Assembly: GCA_950097015.1 (NCBI GenBank) | Contig: CATNEN010000008.1 | Location: 2,356,001 to 2,420,000 of the forward strand | DNA: 64,000 nt | Source: Macrostomum hystrix | Taxonomy: Eukaryota; Animalia; Platyhelminthes | Reading direction: 5' to 3' | Shown: positions 1 to 10,740 of the stretch, in pieces | Layout: every line of letters starts with the position of its first letter | Position numbering within the stretch: the stretch's first letter is position 1 | The notes under the pieces: model-generated | What the model was told of the DNA's origin: nothing | Database searches by the model: none | The model's input: only the letters and a program-made list of their open reading frames with translations | Translations under genes and position numbers: made by a program

Positions 1-2
1 TC

Positions 3-275
3 CTGGTGTGGAAGAATCTGTTCTATCTACTTCGCCTAGTGTGCAACGTGAGCTTCTGCATTGTGATCTATTCCTATTGTTGCGAAATCACCGAGGAGTT
101 GAACCTGGGCCAGACAATGGACGAAGAATTTGGCGTCTCCACTGATAAACTTCGGAGCAAGGAATCCGATTTGCCAATGCCGGGTGGCATTTCCAACTAT
201 GCCAGTGGCTTCAACCACGGCTTCGATGCTAGGAATCCATACGATGATACTGGCGGCGTTTATGCCAATGCTTGA
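3..275 (+). CDS. Terminal exon of a membrane-protein gene that starts upstream of the window (last TM helix plus Tyr-rich cytosolic tail)
   Basis: Open frame from the window edge: LVWKNLFYLLRLVCNVSFCIVIYSYCC (hydrophobic) followed by a polar tail ending NPYDDTGGVYANA-stop. AT-rich 3'UTR-like sequence follows. Confidence 0.55.
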   Translation: MVWKNLFYLLRLVCNVSFCIVIYSYCCEITEELNLGQTMDEEFGVSTDKLRSKESDLPMPGGISNYASGFNHGFDARNPYDDTGGVYANA

Positions 276-2189
276 TCTGAGTTTCTAGTAGGCAAATCTA
301 AGGCATTAAAATTACTTGGTGTTATAGAGTTCACTTTGTCGTATCGAAGGACGTCATGTGTTTTTTTAACAACAAATCATTTTAAAGAAATAAGAGTTAT
401 GGTATCAAAACTAATTAACCTACCTTCATTTTTATTGCTTCGAAGATTTTTGCGCATCTTTTTTTAGTTTTCTTTTTGTCTCTCGATTTTTTTATTTTTG
501 TTTCATTTTCTTAAGTTTACTTTAGCAGGCTTGTAAATTTTCTGCCTTATTCGTTTCCTGGCCCATGACATTGCTTAACTGCCCAGCATTGATCAAGTAA
601 CAAAGATCGATTAAGATCAGAGATAGCACACATAGGCTTGAGTATGCTGTGATATTATTATAAAAAACTTCCACTGCGTGGTCTAATATTTATGCTTTGC
701 CGAATACATTTTAGGCGCGTCCATTATTACTCTACTAACAGTAGCAAGTAAAAAACACGTTTGCCAATTTTCGCACTTACTTTTTACATTGTTTTTAGAA
801 AACAATATTTAGTTTCACGCTAAGACGCTCAATTAGTTAGTTCTTTCCCAAACTCTTCCACGATATGCATTGAACGCTTTCAGATTGTTCCGAATCGGTT
901 GGCGTAAAAGCAATGGTTTAAGTTACATTTTTTGCTCTTCCACGAATAAGTCTGAAAACACCGTTCCTCCAAATTTTTTTTAAATATCCTTTACAGAGCT
1001 GTCATTGGATCTAAATCGTAACTATTTTTATATTCTGAGGCTGTCGATCTCAAGTATTATCCGTTACAGTAATAGCTAAAGTCCTTTACTCTCTGTGCTT
1101 TTTACTGTACTAAATGGTTCTAAAAAACGCTATCATTTTAAGTAGCACTAAATATTTATTGCTGAATTGCTGTGCGTGCACTTGTCAATCAAATCAAAGA
1201 TAGGCACCCAATCTGTAATTCGTTTTGATATATTAAAACCTTAGTGTGTCCATTTGTTATTAACTTGTATATTTTTACTACTGATACCATTTTATCTACT
1301 AGTATATTAGAAGCCTTGTTGCATCAATCAAATCGTCATCTACATTACAGCAGTGTACATATAAATATCATCAGTTTTCGCAGTAGCCAAAACGTTGACA
1401 AATTATAAATAGTGTTCTTTAATTTGGTTGTTTGACTGGCAAAAGCTCAAAAGCTAAATATATAAAACCGATATATAAAAACGATCTGCCTAGAATGATA
1501 GGCTCAAACGACCTCGAGTTATTTTCGAGCAAATTATGTAAATTAAAAATCTTGTTGGTCGCACGTTATTCTTAAAAAGTTTTACATTATTTATTTAATT
1601 ATATGTTTCGCACTCCAAGGCGCGTCTTTAGGTATATTGTTCGGAACGAAAGTAAAACGAACAAGCCACAAGGAGAATTTATGAATACTTTAATTAATAA
1701 ATAAGCCTAGGGATGCTAAAATACCGGACTTGCCCAAAACCGGGATCCTGCGGTATTCAATACCTTTTATAAACAAAGCTATATAAAAACAATGTGAGCT
1801 TAATGTTGGGCATGCTGTACTAAGATAAACGGATTTGCACTTGCTCCAGATCAAAAGCAATAGTTTATTATGTTCTGAAAAAATGACATTTTCCTATCTC
1901 CGCAGTGTATTTTTTCCAGGTAATCGGCCTTCTAAAAATTTACACAATCTTTGAGTTTCCCGTCCTGTTATACTACAGTGGTCCTTGGATGCACATAGGA
2001 GTGCGAAAAGTGTCATAAATTTCTGAAACTTCATGTTGATACTCGGATTCAAGTGTATGCTTCCACTTGAGCATCCGAAAGATTTCTAACCACAGTTTCG
2101 TTTGATTATTCAAGCTACAAATAGTCACGTTGGTTATCTGTATCTGTATTTATTCAGGGCTACCTTAACCACTCGGCAATTACCATAAG

Positions 2190-2639
2190 CAGTGGCGTAT
2201 CTAGGTGGGGGGATACGGGGATATATCCCCCCCCATTTCGCCGACCTAAGAGTTTCACCAACCCACGAAAAGTCGAAGACGAACGTTATGGCGGAATGTC
2301 ATAGTCGTAATGTCGTTATTCGGCACAATGATGTTCTGAATCTGAATCTGAACTATCTCTGTCTCGTCTCGTCTGCATCTCGCCGTCTCGTCTCTCGCCT
2401 CGACTCTGACGTGAGTCATGACGGTGACGTCTCTGATGACTCTGATTCTGAGTCTCTGACTCGACTCTCTGACTCTCGAAATGCATAACAAAGTAATTAA
2501 AAAGGTAGCGAAATCGGTGTCTACAAATGGACTACAAAAGGTTATATCAGTTGTTTAGCAGCAGCATGCGACTCATTTTCTCTGATAGTTGAAACCGCAA
2601 ATTTATCCCCCCCATTTTAAAATCCTAGATACGCCACTG
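2190..2639. mobile_element. Non-autonomous hAT-type MITE (450 bp)
   Basis: Perfect 16-bp TIR CAGTGGCGTATCTAGG (2190-2205) / CCTAGATACGCCACTG (2624-2639). The 8-bp flanks ACCATAAG (2182-2189) and ACCTTAAG (2640-2647) form a TSD with one mismatch; an 8-bp TSD is typical of hAT. Confidence 0.85.
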
Positions 2640-2727
2640 ACCTTAAGTTTAAGTTTAAGCCTATCTGATCGGCTGACAGAGGCTTTCAATCACCCGTGTT
2701 GACAGAGATAGGGTCTAAGAAACAGTA

Positions 2728-3116
2728 ATCGAACATGCGCGACGGTCGCCTAATAGGCAACTTCGAACATGTTCTTTGTTCCGAGAACATGTTCTTTTAA
2801 ATTAATAAGGCTAGGCCCTACTTAATGTATATTAATAAAGTAATAACATGAAGAAAAAACTATGCCTTCGTTGGTATGAGGTCAACAAACAAGACAGTTA
2901 AACCCATACTAGGCTATGTCTAGTATGGTTTAACACACACACACATGGTTTAACTGTCTTGTTTGTTGACCTCATGCCAAGGAATGCATAGTTTTTTCTT
3001 CATGTTATTAATTTATTAATATACATTAAGTAGCCTTATTAATTTAAAAGAACATGTTCTCTGAACAAAGAACATGTTCGGAGTTGCCTATTAGGCGACC
3101 GTCGCGCATGTTCGAT
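2728..3116. mobile_element. Foldback/palindromic MITE (about 390 bp, arms about 170-190 bp)
   Basis: ATCGAACATGCGCGACGGTCGCCTAATAGGCAAC... at 2728 is mirrored by ...GTTGCCTATTAGGCGACCGTCGCGCATGTTCGAT at 3116. Complementarity runs inward to a short (CA)n-containing centre. Possible 3-bp TSD GTA (2725-2727, 3117-3119). Confidence 0.8.
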
Positions 3117-3136
3117 GTAGCCTAAGAGTCGTCAAC

Positions 3137-6100
3137 ATGGCTGCTGATCGTAAGTGAAAAATTTTGAACCGTAGCAGTTAAAAATTGATGATACTTAAGC
3201 CAGTGAAACAAAACATATAAGATCACCAATTGTTCTATTAAGGACCACTTGGAGTAGACTACTTTTAGTGGTCCTTGAGTTATGTATTGAAGCTATATGG
3301 AATTTATGTGATTTAATTTTCTGTATTCATTTTTGAACTTCTTAACTGGCTAGCCTTATTTCAGATTTCACTGTCTCGTAGGCTTCTGAATAAAATGTTT
3401 TAGTATGATAATTTGTGAATAATGCTATTCAAAGAGCAGAAGTGTAATCAAGTCTGCAGCCATACTTGTATACTCATTAGTGCTTGCTTGCGCACAGTTG
3501 TATTGAAGCAGGTGTTGGTCAAAATTTCCGATCTAAAATATGTTTATATTTAAAATATGAAGGTTGCTTGCTGGCTGCTGATGTGACAAACAGTTCCAGT
3601 CATCTCAGCTTGTTTGTATAAGTCAGAGTTGGTTATTAAATATGTAGTAGAGCAAAAACTTGAGCGAGATACTCAAAATCAATACTAAAAATAATAACAA
3701 AGAGCAATAGATAGGAGCTTTAGCCAAGTGTAAAACATGTAGGAGTCTTGGAGTTTGACTTACTTGACTTAGCTGCAAGGTGGTCCATGGACACAGCGGA
3801 GTGTGAGGATCGCCCAGGCCCATACCAGTAGCCTAACCCCTGTAGGCCTGCAGACAGGTGAGGGTGTGGGGCTGGTCAGGGTGGTCCACTGGTCCATCCT
3901 GTAGCATTGTCTTCTATAGGGAAGAACGTGGCTCGTCTTGTGGCCTAGAGGAACTGGACGAGCTGTGGAATGCTGTTGGACTGGCAGATCTTGTCCATAG
4001 ACAGGTTGGGCCTAAGGTAGCATAGCCAGTCTCTGTTAAAGAAAGGGCAGTGACACACAAAGTGCTCAGCATCTTTGTTGTCATAGGCCTACTCACAAAA
4101 GGGGCAGAGTTCATTCTCAAGGTGGCCCTGAAGGAAACAGTGCCTAGCAAGGTAGGCCTAGCTGTGGCCCTTAAGGGTCATGGCAAGGGCATGGATATCC
4201 TTCCAGTTTTGGTTCAAAAGGATGTTCCTAAGCCTGCAAGACAGGCGTGGAACTATGGCACAGGATTGCTGATAAAAGAGTCTTAGAGATAGTTGATCAA
4301 GTTTTTGGATAGGCCTATGACTTACGTTCAAGGTTACAATACATTTGTTTGTTAAAAATTTAGTTCCACTTTTTAATTAGCTACCTATTGTATTTATTCA
4401 ATAAGTTTATCTATTGTTTAGGTGAACCCCCAGGATTTTTTGGGGAATAGATTTTCAGGTTCTGTCTAGTGTAATTTCCTAATGTGGATTAGGAAACAAA
4501 AAAAATTTATTTCTTTTGAAGAAACTGAATAGGAAAAAATGTGAGACATTAAAAAAATTGGGGGTTTGGCCAATGCATGAAAACCCCTTGGCTATGCCAC
4601 TGGTTTTTTCTAGAACATAGACTATAATATAAAATTATATACACTATCTAGCTCATGCTTTTTTCTAACCTGACACAAAGTTCTAATTAGTCAGCTTAAA
4701 TTTAAATAATTGACAATAATTTTTAATTATTTATTAACTAATCGTTTTAAGTCTAACTAGTTATCCATTGACCAATCAAACTGTATAAAATATAGCTATT
4801 TTAAGCATGGCTAATTTGTATATTTTGTTTTTGTATTAAAAAACAATAAAATGCTATTTTATAATTTTTCTTCTTATCAATTATAGTTTCAAACACATTT
4901 TTCATTAAAAGATAATAAAACTAGCTAATATAAATATAAGTAAGTGTAATTGTCATTATCATATTTACTAAAATTTGCCTTTAGTTTAGTTTATCAATTG
5001 TGTTATTAAGTCACATTTTAAATCCAAATGAATTTTGCATTAACTTGAAAATGAATTGTTGTCAAAGACTGACTATATTTAATTTAATTTCAGCTAGTAT
5101 TTTGCCTTAATTAATTTGTTATGCAGAGATGACAACCATCAGAGGCACTGGCAGAACCAATGCCACCAACCTGCTAGCCAATGATGCTGAAAGTGTGGAC
5201 CTTAGGTTGCCACCAGAGCAGCTAAAACAGGTTCCCCTTAGTGCCATTGGTCCTGTGTTGCTCATTCTATTGAAGCCATTAGAGGAAGCATCAACCAGGA
5301 TTGTGACTGTGCATGGCATTGAATTGCTAGATAATCTGCAAGGCCTGGCTGAGCTGCTCATTAGTAATGGTGAGTCAATAGATAACTAAATAATCTGGTC
5401 TTTGTTTCTCACAGTATCAGTAGCTAGTCTTTGTTTCTCACAATTTTGCTAGTCTTGTTCCCTGGCATGTCAATCGGTAGTCTTTGTTCTTTGAGTGTCA
5501 GTAGCTAGTCTTTGTTCTTAAGTGTCAGTAGCAGAGTAGCAAATAATTATTCCTTAGAATATTTGCCTCCCGCAGTGTCAGTAGCTAGCCTTCGTCCCCC
5601 AAAATATCAGTTGCTAGTCTCTGTTCTCCATTTATTTCATATTTCATATATTTCAGTCTTTATTTCTCAGAATTAAAAAAACTTAAGGCCCAGGCCATTA
5701 TTTGTTCTTAAGAATGTCAGTAGCTAGTCTTTGTTCTCAAGAGTGTCATGTCTAGTCTTTGTTCCTAAGAATATTTGTCCTCCGCCATGTCAGTAGCTAG
5801 TCTTTGTTTGCTGAATGTCAGTTGCTAGTCTTTGTTCTCCATACTGTCAGTAGCTGCTCTTTGTTCTTAGGAATTTCAGTAGCTTTTATGAATAATAAAG
5901 CCATAGCCATTATTTGTTTTTAAGAGTGTCAGTAGCTAGTCTTTGTTTCTCAGAATATCATTAGCTAGTCTTTGTATCGCTTTCACTTAACCCAGAATGC
6001 GTCACAGACTGGGGCCTGTCTGGCTCTGACACAGTCGGAGCGGTACTGGACACCTGGAATCGGCAAGATCAGCGGGCCGACTGCACCGCGCTCTGGCAAA

Positions 6101-7634
6101 TGTTGGTCTCCCTCGGCCGCTTCGATCTGTTGCGCAAGTGCCGTCAGCGTTTCCTAAGGGACGCCGAACTGTATTGGCAGCGTTGCCGGCTTCGACAACC
6201 GGAGCCCCCGGGGCCACCTTTGTTGCCGACTCCGGAGCGCAGATTCGATGTTTACGTCAGCTATTGCGAAAATTCTCACGAAGACTCTGCTAAAGCCGCT
6301 GAGATTGTTGCCAAACTGCGTGAGAACGAATTCGAAGTGATTAGCGCCGAGGACCGACTGGCAGGCACATTTCCCTTGGAGGAATATCACCGATTGCTAA
6401 GCTGGTGGGGCACGCGTTGGGTACATATTTGGGACCTAGATTACCATAGAAGGCATAGATTACTCCTTGAGGTCATCGATTACCATCGAATGCCTAGATT
6501 ACTCCTTGAGACCATAGATTACCATCGAATGACTAGATTACTCCTTGAGACCATAAATTACCATCGAATGCCTAGATTACTCCTTGAGACCATAGATTAC
6601 CATCGAATGCCTAGATTACTCCTTGAGGCCATAAATTACCACTGAAGGCCTAGATTACTCCTTGAGGCCATAGATTACCATCGAATGCCTAGATTACTCC
6701 TTGAGACCATAGATTACCATCGAATGCCTAGATTACTCCTTGAGGCCATAAATTACCACTGAAGGCCTAGATTACTCCTTGAGGCCATAGATTACCATCG
6801 AATGCCTAGATTACTCCTTAAGGCCATAGATTACCATCGAATGCCTAGATTACTCCTTGAGGCCATAAATTACCACTGAAGGCCTAGATTACTCCTTGAG
6901 GCCATAGATTACCATCGAATGCCTAGATTACTCCTTGAGGCCATAGATTACCATCGAATGCCTAGATTACTCCTTGAGGCCATAGATTACCACTGAAGGC
7001 CTAAATTACCACTGATGACCTAGATAACCACTGAAAGATTAGATTACCACTAATGGCCTTGATTACCACTGAAGGCCTAATCTAATTACCACTGGAGTCC
7101 TTGTATTTACACTGCTTGCGATGTATTAGTTTCGGAGCTGTAAGGCCGTGGACTCCCATTCGAGGCCAGATATACTCGTAAATGAAGAATTTTTATCATT
7201 ATAAGCCACGTTTGGCCAGTAGGAGTCATTGTTTACCAATTTAGAACATTTTATTATGATTGGATTGAGTATATTTTAAATAGATTATTTTTTAGATTAA
7301 AAACCTGTTTGAAGTTAGTTTTTTGTCTATAGAGGATGTGATTTACTAAGGCACTTAATATTATTTTCTATCGTGCCATTTGCGCAGCTGCAACCGCGTC
7401 CTGGTGCTGTGGTCCCGCGCCTACCAAGCCGAGGAGAACCTTCGCTACGAGCTAAACCACGCCCGATCCACCGATCCGGCTGCTGCTAGGCGCCGAGTGA
7501 TTCCTGTCCTGCTAGATGACACTCCGCCGCCGGGTCATCTGGCCGGCATCAAAGCGGTTCGCTTCGGCAGTCGAATCTATATACAGCAGCTTGTCCGCTC
7601 TCTGCGCGCCAATCCAACTGATGGAGAAAGATAG
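3137..7634 (+). CDS. MYD88: MyD88-like adaptor (death domain + TIR), about 303 aa, 4 exons
   Basis: Exons 3137-3149 (caacATGG, GTAAGT donor), 5127-5369, 5996-6404 and 7388-7634 total 912 nt with consistent phases. Death-domain motifs: VPLSAI, LQGLAELL, AVLDTWN, LGRFDLL, RDAELY. TIR motifs: FDVYVSYC, DRLAGT, CNRVLVLWSRAY, RRVIPV. Domain order and length match MyD88. The exon-3 donor (GTGGGG) is weak. Confidence 0.8.
3750..4320 (-). mobile_element. Decayed non-LTR retrotransposon (LINE) ORF2 3' end in MyD88 intron 1
   Basis: Minus-strand translation LAMTLKGHS*AYLARHCFLQGHLENELCPFCE*AYDNKDAEHFVCHCPFF matches the C-terminal GH-x-CxxC-H-C zinc knuckle of I/R1/Nimb-type ORF2. It has three in-frame TAG stops and a short repeat tail (TAAGTCAAG) near 3752-3770. 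Confidence 0.7.
5400..5975. repeat. Degenerate tandem repeat (GTCAGTAGCTAGTCTTTGTTCT core) in MyD88 intron 2
   Basis: Core motif recurs more than 10 times at irregular spacing. Confidence 0.8.
6436..7085. repeat. 39-bp minisatellite in MyD88 intron 3
   Basis: Unit CATAGATTACCATCGAATGCCTAGATTACTCCTTGAG(G/A)C. It produces the spurious DYHRMPRLLLETI extension of ORF 6100-6645. Confidence 0.95.
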
Positions 7635-7784
7635 ATATAGATTGTGCCCGGTCCAATTTTAGCAGATGAGTAATCATCAAACTACTCAAGTATTATTTGT
7701 GGTACGATGTAGTCATGGGCTGCTTTGGAATAATAGATGTAAGAGGAGTAATGTAAATTCCATTCATCGGCTGAGGTGGGTGAA

Positions 7785-7900
7785 TGAAGCCGATTGGCTG
7801 GTTCGCGGAGTGAGGTAGTTGAATGACGCCGATTGGCTGGTTCGCGGAGTGAGGTGGGTGAATGAAGCCGATTGGCTAGTTCGCGGAGCGAGGTGGGTGA
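7785..7900. repeat. 39-bp repeat x3
   Basis: GAGGTGGGTGAATGAAGCCGATTGGCTGGTTCGCGGAGT-like units. Confidence 0.85.
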
Positions 7901-8161
7901 TCATTTTGAGGATTTGAACCAGCAAAAAAATTTTTTTGGAGTAAACCACGAATTCGTGCTATAAAGGTGCAATCACATATTTATCACATTTTTGTGTAAT
8001 TGTTTTGCAGTTGTTTTTGCACCCATACAGGTTGCGACTAATAGTCAAGTTTTATCGTTTTTTGTAGATCGCGCTTCCACTGTTTACACAGCTCATGCAA
8101 ATATTGTAAATTTATTAATTTTATTCATACATTGGTGCTAGTAGTATGAATGGAATATTTT

Positions 8162-8400
8162 TGAGGCCATAAATTACCACTGAAGGCCTAGATTAATCCT
8201 TGACGCCATATATTACCATTGAAGGCCTTAATTACCACTGGAGTCCTTGTATTTACACTGCTTGCGATGTATTAGTCTCGGAGCTGTAAGGCCGTGGACT
8301 CCCATTCGAGGCCAGATATACTCGTAACTAATGAAGAATTTTTATCATTATAAGCCACGTTTGGCCAGTAGGAGTCATTGTTTACCAATTTAGAACATTT
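8162..8400 (+). repeat. Direct duplicate of about 7030-7251 (array end plus about 170-bp unique tail)
   Basis: 7083-7251 and 8229-8400 are near-identical (TTACCACTGGAGTCCTTG...TTTAGAACATTT). The second copy is preceded by remnants of the 39-bp unit. Confidence 0.9.
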
Positions 8401-9166
8401 CAATGTTCTTCTTGAATAAATTGTGATTCATTTATTAACTAGTTGCTATTAATTGCGATCAGAAAGCATGTATAGATTTCATTCTTCGAACTTTGCTCAA
8501 CATGCACTCTAATGCTTTCATTTTTCGAATATTTTCATATTCGAGTTCCATCTTAATTCAAATTTTTATTCAAAAGTTGTAGTGTTCTAGCTCGTATCAT
8601 TGACGAACTATCCTTCTTGCTCATCAGCATGTCTTTGCTATCAATTATTAATTATCTTAAAATCTTTTTAGTCTGCTTGTTTAACAGGACTTCTCACGAT
8701 TATCTGCAATGCCTACTGACTACCTGACAATAAAATCTGTCCGATTATTGACTTTTCGTCTTGATTTATTTACAACACTGATGAAGCTACTGAAGATTGG
8801 ATGACTCTTGAGGTCACTGTGTTCCGGTGTACAGAGAAGCTTGTTGAACGAAAACACCAAACAAAAATCTTGTGCAAATTTTGTGACGCTTCAAGTTACG
8901 AGGAGTGTCCCAAAAGTCCGTGCACCTTCTTTATTTTAGCCGGTTCTGAGCAACTAAAAATATTCAGACTGCAGCAGTTACAAAGACAATTATCTGCCCG
9001 TAAGAATGACCTGCTGTTTGTTCATGTATCTACTGCCATTCTCGAGATATTTTACTTTTAGTGCCCCACCCCCTGTACCACTTCTACAAAGTGCCGTAGA
9101 CAACAGCTTTCCATCTGATGCACTTCAACGAAACATCCGTAACACTAACAGAAAAACTGTAAAAGT

Positions 9167-10255
9167 TTAATCATCGACATTGTCATGGGGCTTCTCTACG
9201 TAGTCCCCACCACGCTGTACACACTTCTGCCATCGGGTATGCATGTCATCGATGGCATCGGCAAAATCTGAGCGTGGCATCTCATGAAGGAGAACTTGGC
9301 GAGTCAAAGCCTCGAGATCCCCACGACAAGCAAAGATTCGTCCACGCAGAAGCTTCTTCATTTTTGGAAAGATCGCGAAATCAGCTGGTGACAAATCAGG
9401 AGAATAGGGTGGGTGTGAGAGCAACTCGAAGTTGGCCTGCTCAATCGTCTCCACTGTCTTCTTGGCCGTGTGGGGGCGTGCATTGTCATGGTGGAGAAGG
9501 TACGGCTTCTCACATGACCGACGCTTGTTCTGGATATCAGCCTTGAGTTTCTGTTCTGTGGCGCAATAGCGGTCAGCATTAATCGTCTGCCCTTCTTCGA
9601 AGAACTCGACTGTGAGTGGGCGAGATCGATCGAAGAAAATCGTCATCATGATTTTCTTGGAGTGCTTGTCGCGGTGAGCCTTGACAGGAGGTTGAGATCC
9701 CTTTTTCGCCCAAACACGGCTTTCCTCCTTCGTCTCAGGGTCGAAAAGTGGGATCCATGTTTCGTCCCCAGAGATGACCAGATTGCGGACATCATCCCAG
9801 CCACCTTGCTCCTGAACAAACCTGAGGTTGGATGCTGAAATCTCCAGTCGGAGAGCCTTGAGGTCGGGCGTGAGGAGACGCGGCACCCAGCGGGCCGAGA
9901 TCTTTGACAGCTCCAACTGCTCTGTCATCGTGCGATGAATTGTGGACTTCGGGCTGCCGAGCATGTCTGCGATCTCGCGGACTGTCAGTTTGGCATCAGT
10001 TTCAAGCAATTCTTGAATTTGTTGACCAAGGAGTTTGTTTACAGGCGATTGCGGCCGCCCACTGCGCTGCTGGTCAGAGACTGTCAGCTGGCCACTCTTG
10101 AAGCGTTCAATCCAGCCATAAATGGCCCTCAGTTTAAGACCACTGTCTCCATGTTGCTCTTGAAGATGGTCAGCAATCCAACTGGCATTCCAGCCTGCAG
10201 TCCACAGGGCAAAAACCTGGCTGCGTTGGCTCTCGACGCTGTGCACTGAGCTCAT
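9167..10255 (-). CDS. mariner transposase, 362 aa, uninterrupted
   Basis: HTH region, WVPR linker, GDETW, HHDNARPH and HPPYSPDLSPADF motifs. I count 34 residues between the second and third catalytic Asp (DD34D). Confidence 0.95.
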   Translation of the reverse strand: MSSVHSVESQRSQVFALWTAGWNASWIADHLQEQHGDSGLKLRAIYGWIERFKSGQLTVSDQQRSGRPQSPVNKLLGQQIQELLETDAKLTVREIADMLGSPKSTIHRTMTEQLELSKISARWVPRLLTPDLKALRLEISASNLRFVQEQGGWDDVRNLVISGDETWIPLFDPETKEESRVWAKKGSQPPVKAHRDKHSKKIMMTIFFDRSRPLTVEFFEEGQTINADRYCATEQKLKADIQNKRRSCEKPYLLHHDNARPHTAKKTVETIEQANFELLSHPPYSPDLSPADFAIFPKMKKLLRGRIFACRGDLEALTRQVLLHEMPRSDFADAIDDMHTRWQKCVQRGGDYVEKPHDNVDD

Positions 10256-10335
10256 CTTGGCAACAAGAGTGCAAAACTTCAGCGAAAACTTTGAAAACCC
10301 AGGTGCTCACGTGGGCTCATGACGTGGGCTCTGCC

Positions 10336-10740
10336 CAAGGACTTCTATATAATAGCATATTATTAGGGTATTTCTTGCTTCCAGTCCAGATGCTATTATG
10401 TATAGAATAATACCCCCCTGATTTCGTTTCTTTGGCCTAGGAAAGGCTGAGGACGCGTTTCTTGGCCGAGGCGAAGCCGAGGCCCAGAAGCGCAGTCCGA
10501 AGCCGTTCCAAGGCCATAGACAACGATTTCAGGGGGGTATTATAGTATTTAATCCTAAAGCTTGGCCCGGCTCACGAGATTGCAAACCTAAAACTGTTTA
10601 CAGCAACTGTGACCATAGACTATATGTTTAATCGGCCTAGGCCATTAAATCATTTAACGGCCTAGGCCGATTAAATAATAAATGCACAGAATTAATAGCC
10701 AATAGGCCGGGCCAAGCTGGGGATTAAATAGAAGTCCTTG
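10336..10740. mobile_element. 405-bp MITE with 8-bp TSD (P- or hAT-type) nested in the mariner 5' non-coding region
   Basis: TIR CAAGGACTTCTAT / ATAGAAGTCCTTG with perfect 8-bp TSD GCTCTGCC (10328-10335, 10741-10748). Internal palindromes at about 10409-10542 (centre GCCGAGGCGAAGCCGAGGC) and about 10629-10676. Confidence 0.85.

Noticed and set aside
4586-4602. CTTGGCTATGCCACTG hAT-like terminal repeat
   Set aside because: No partner TIR or TSD found; likely a truncated end.
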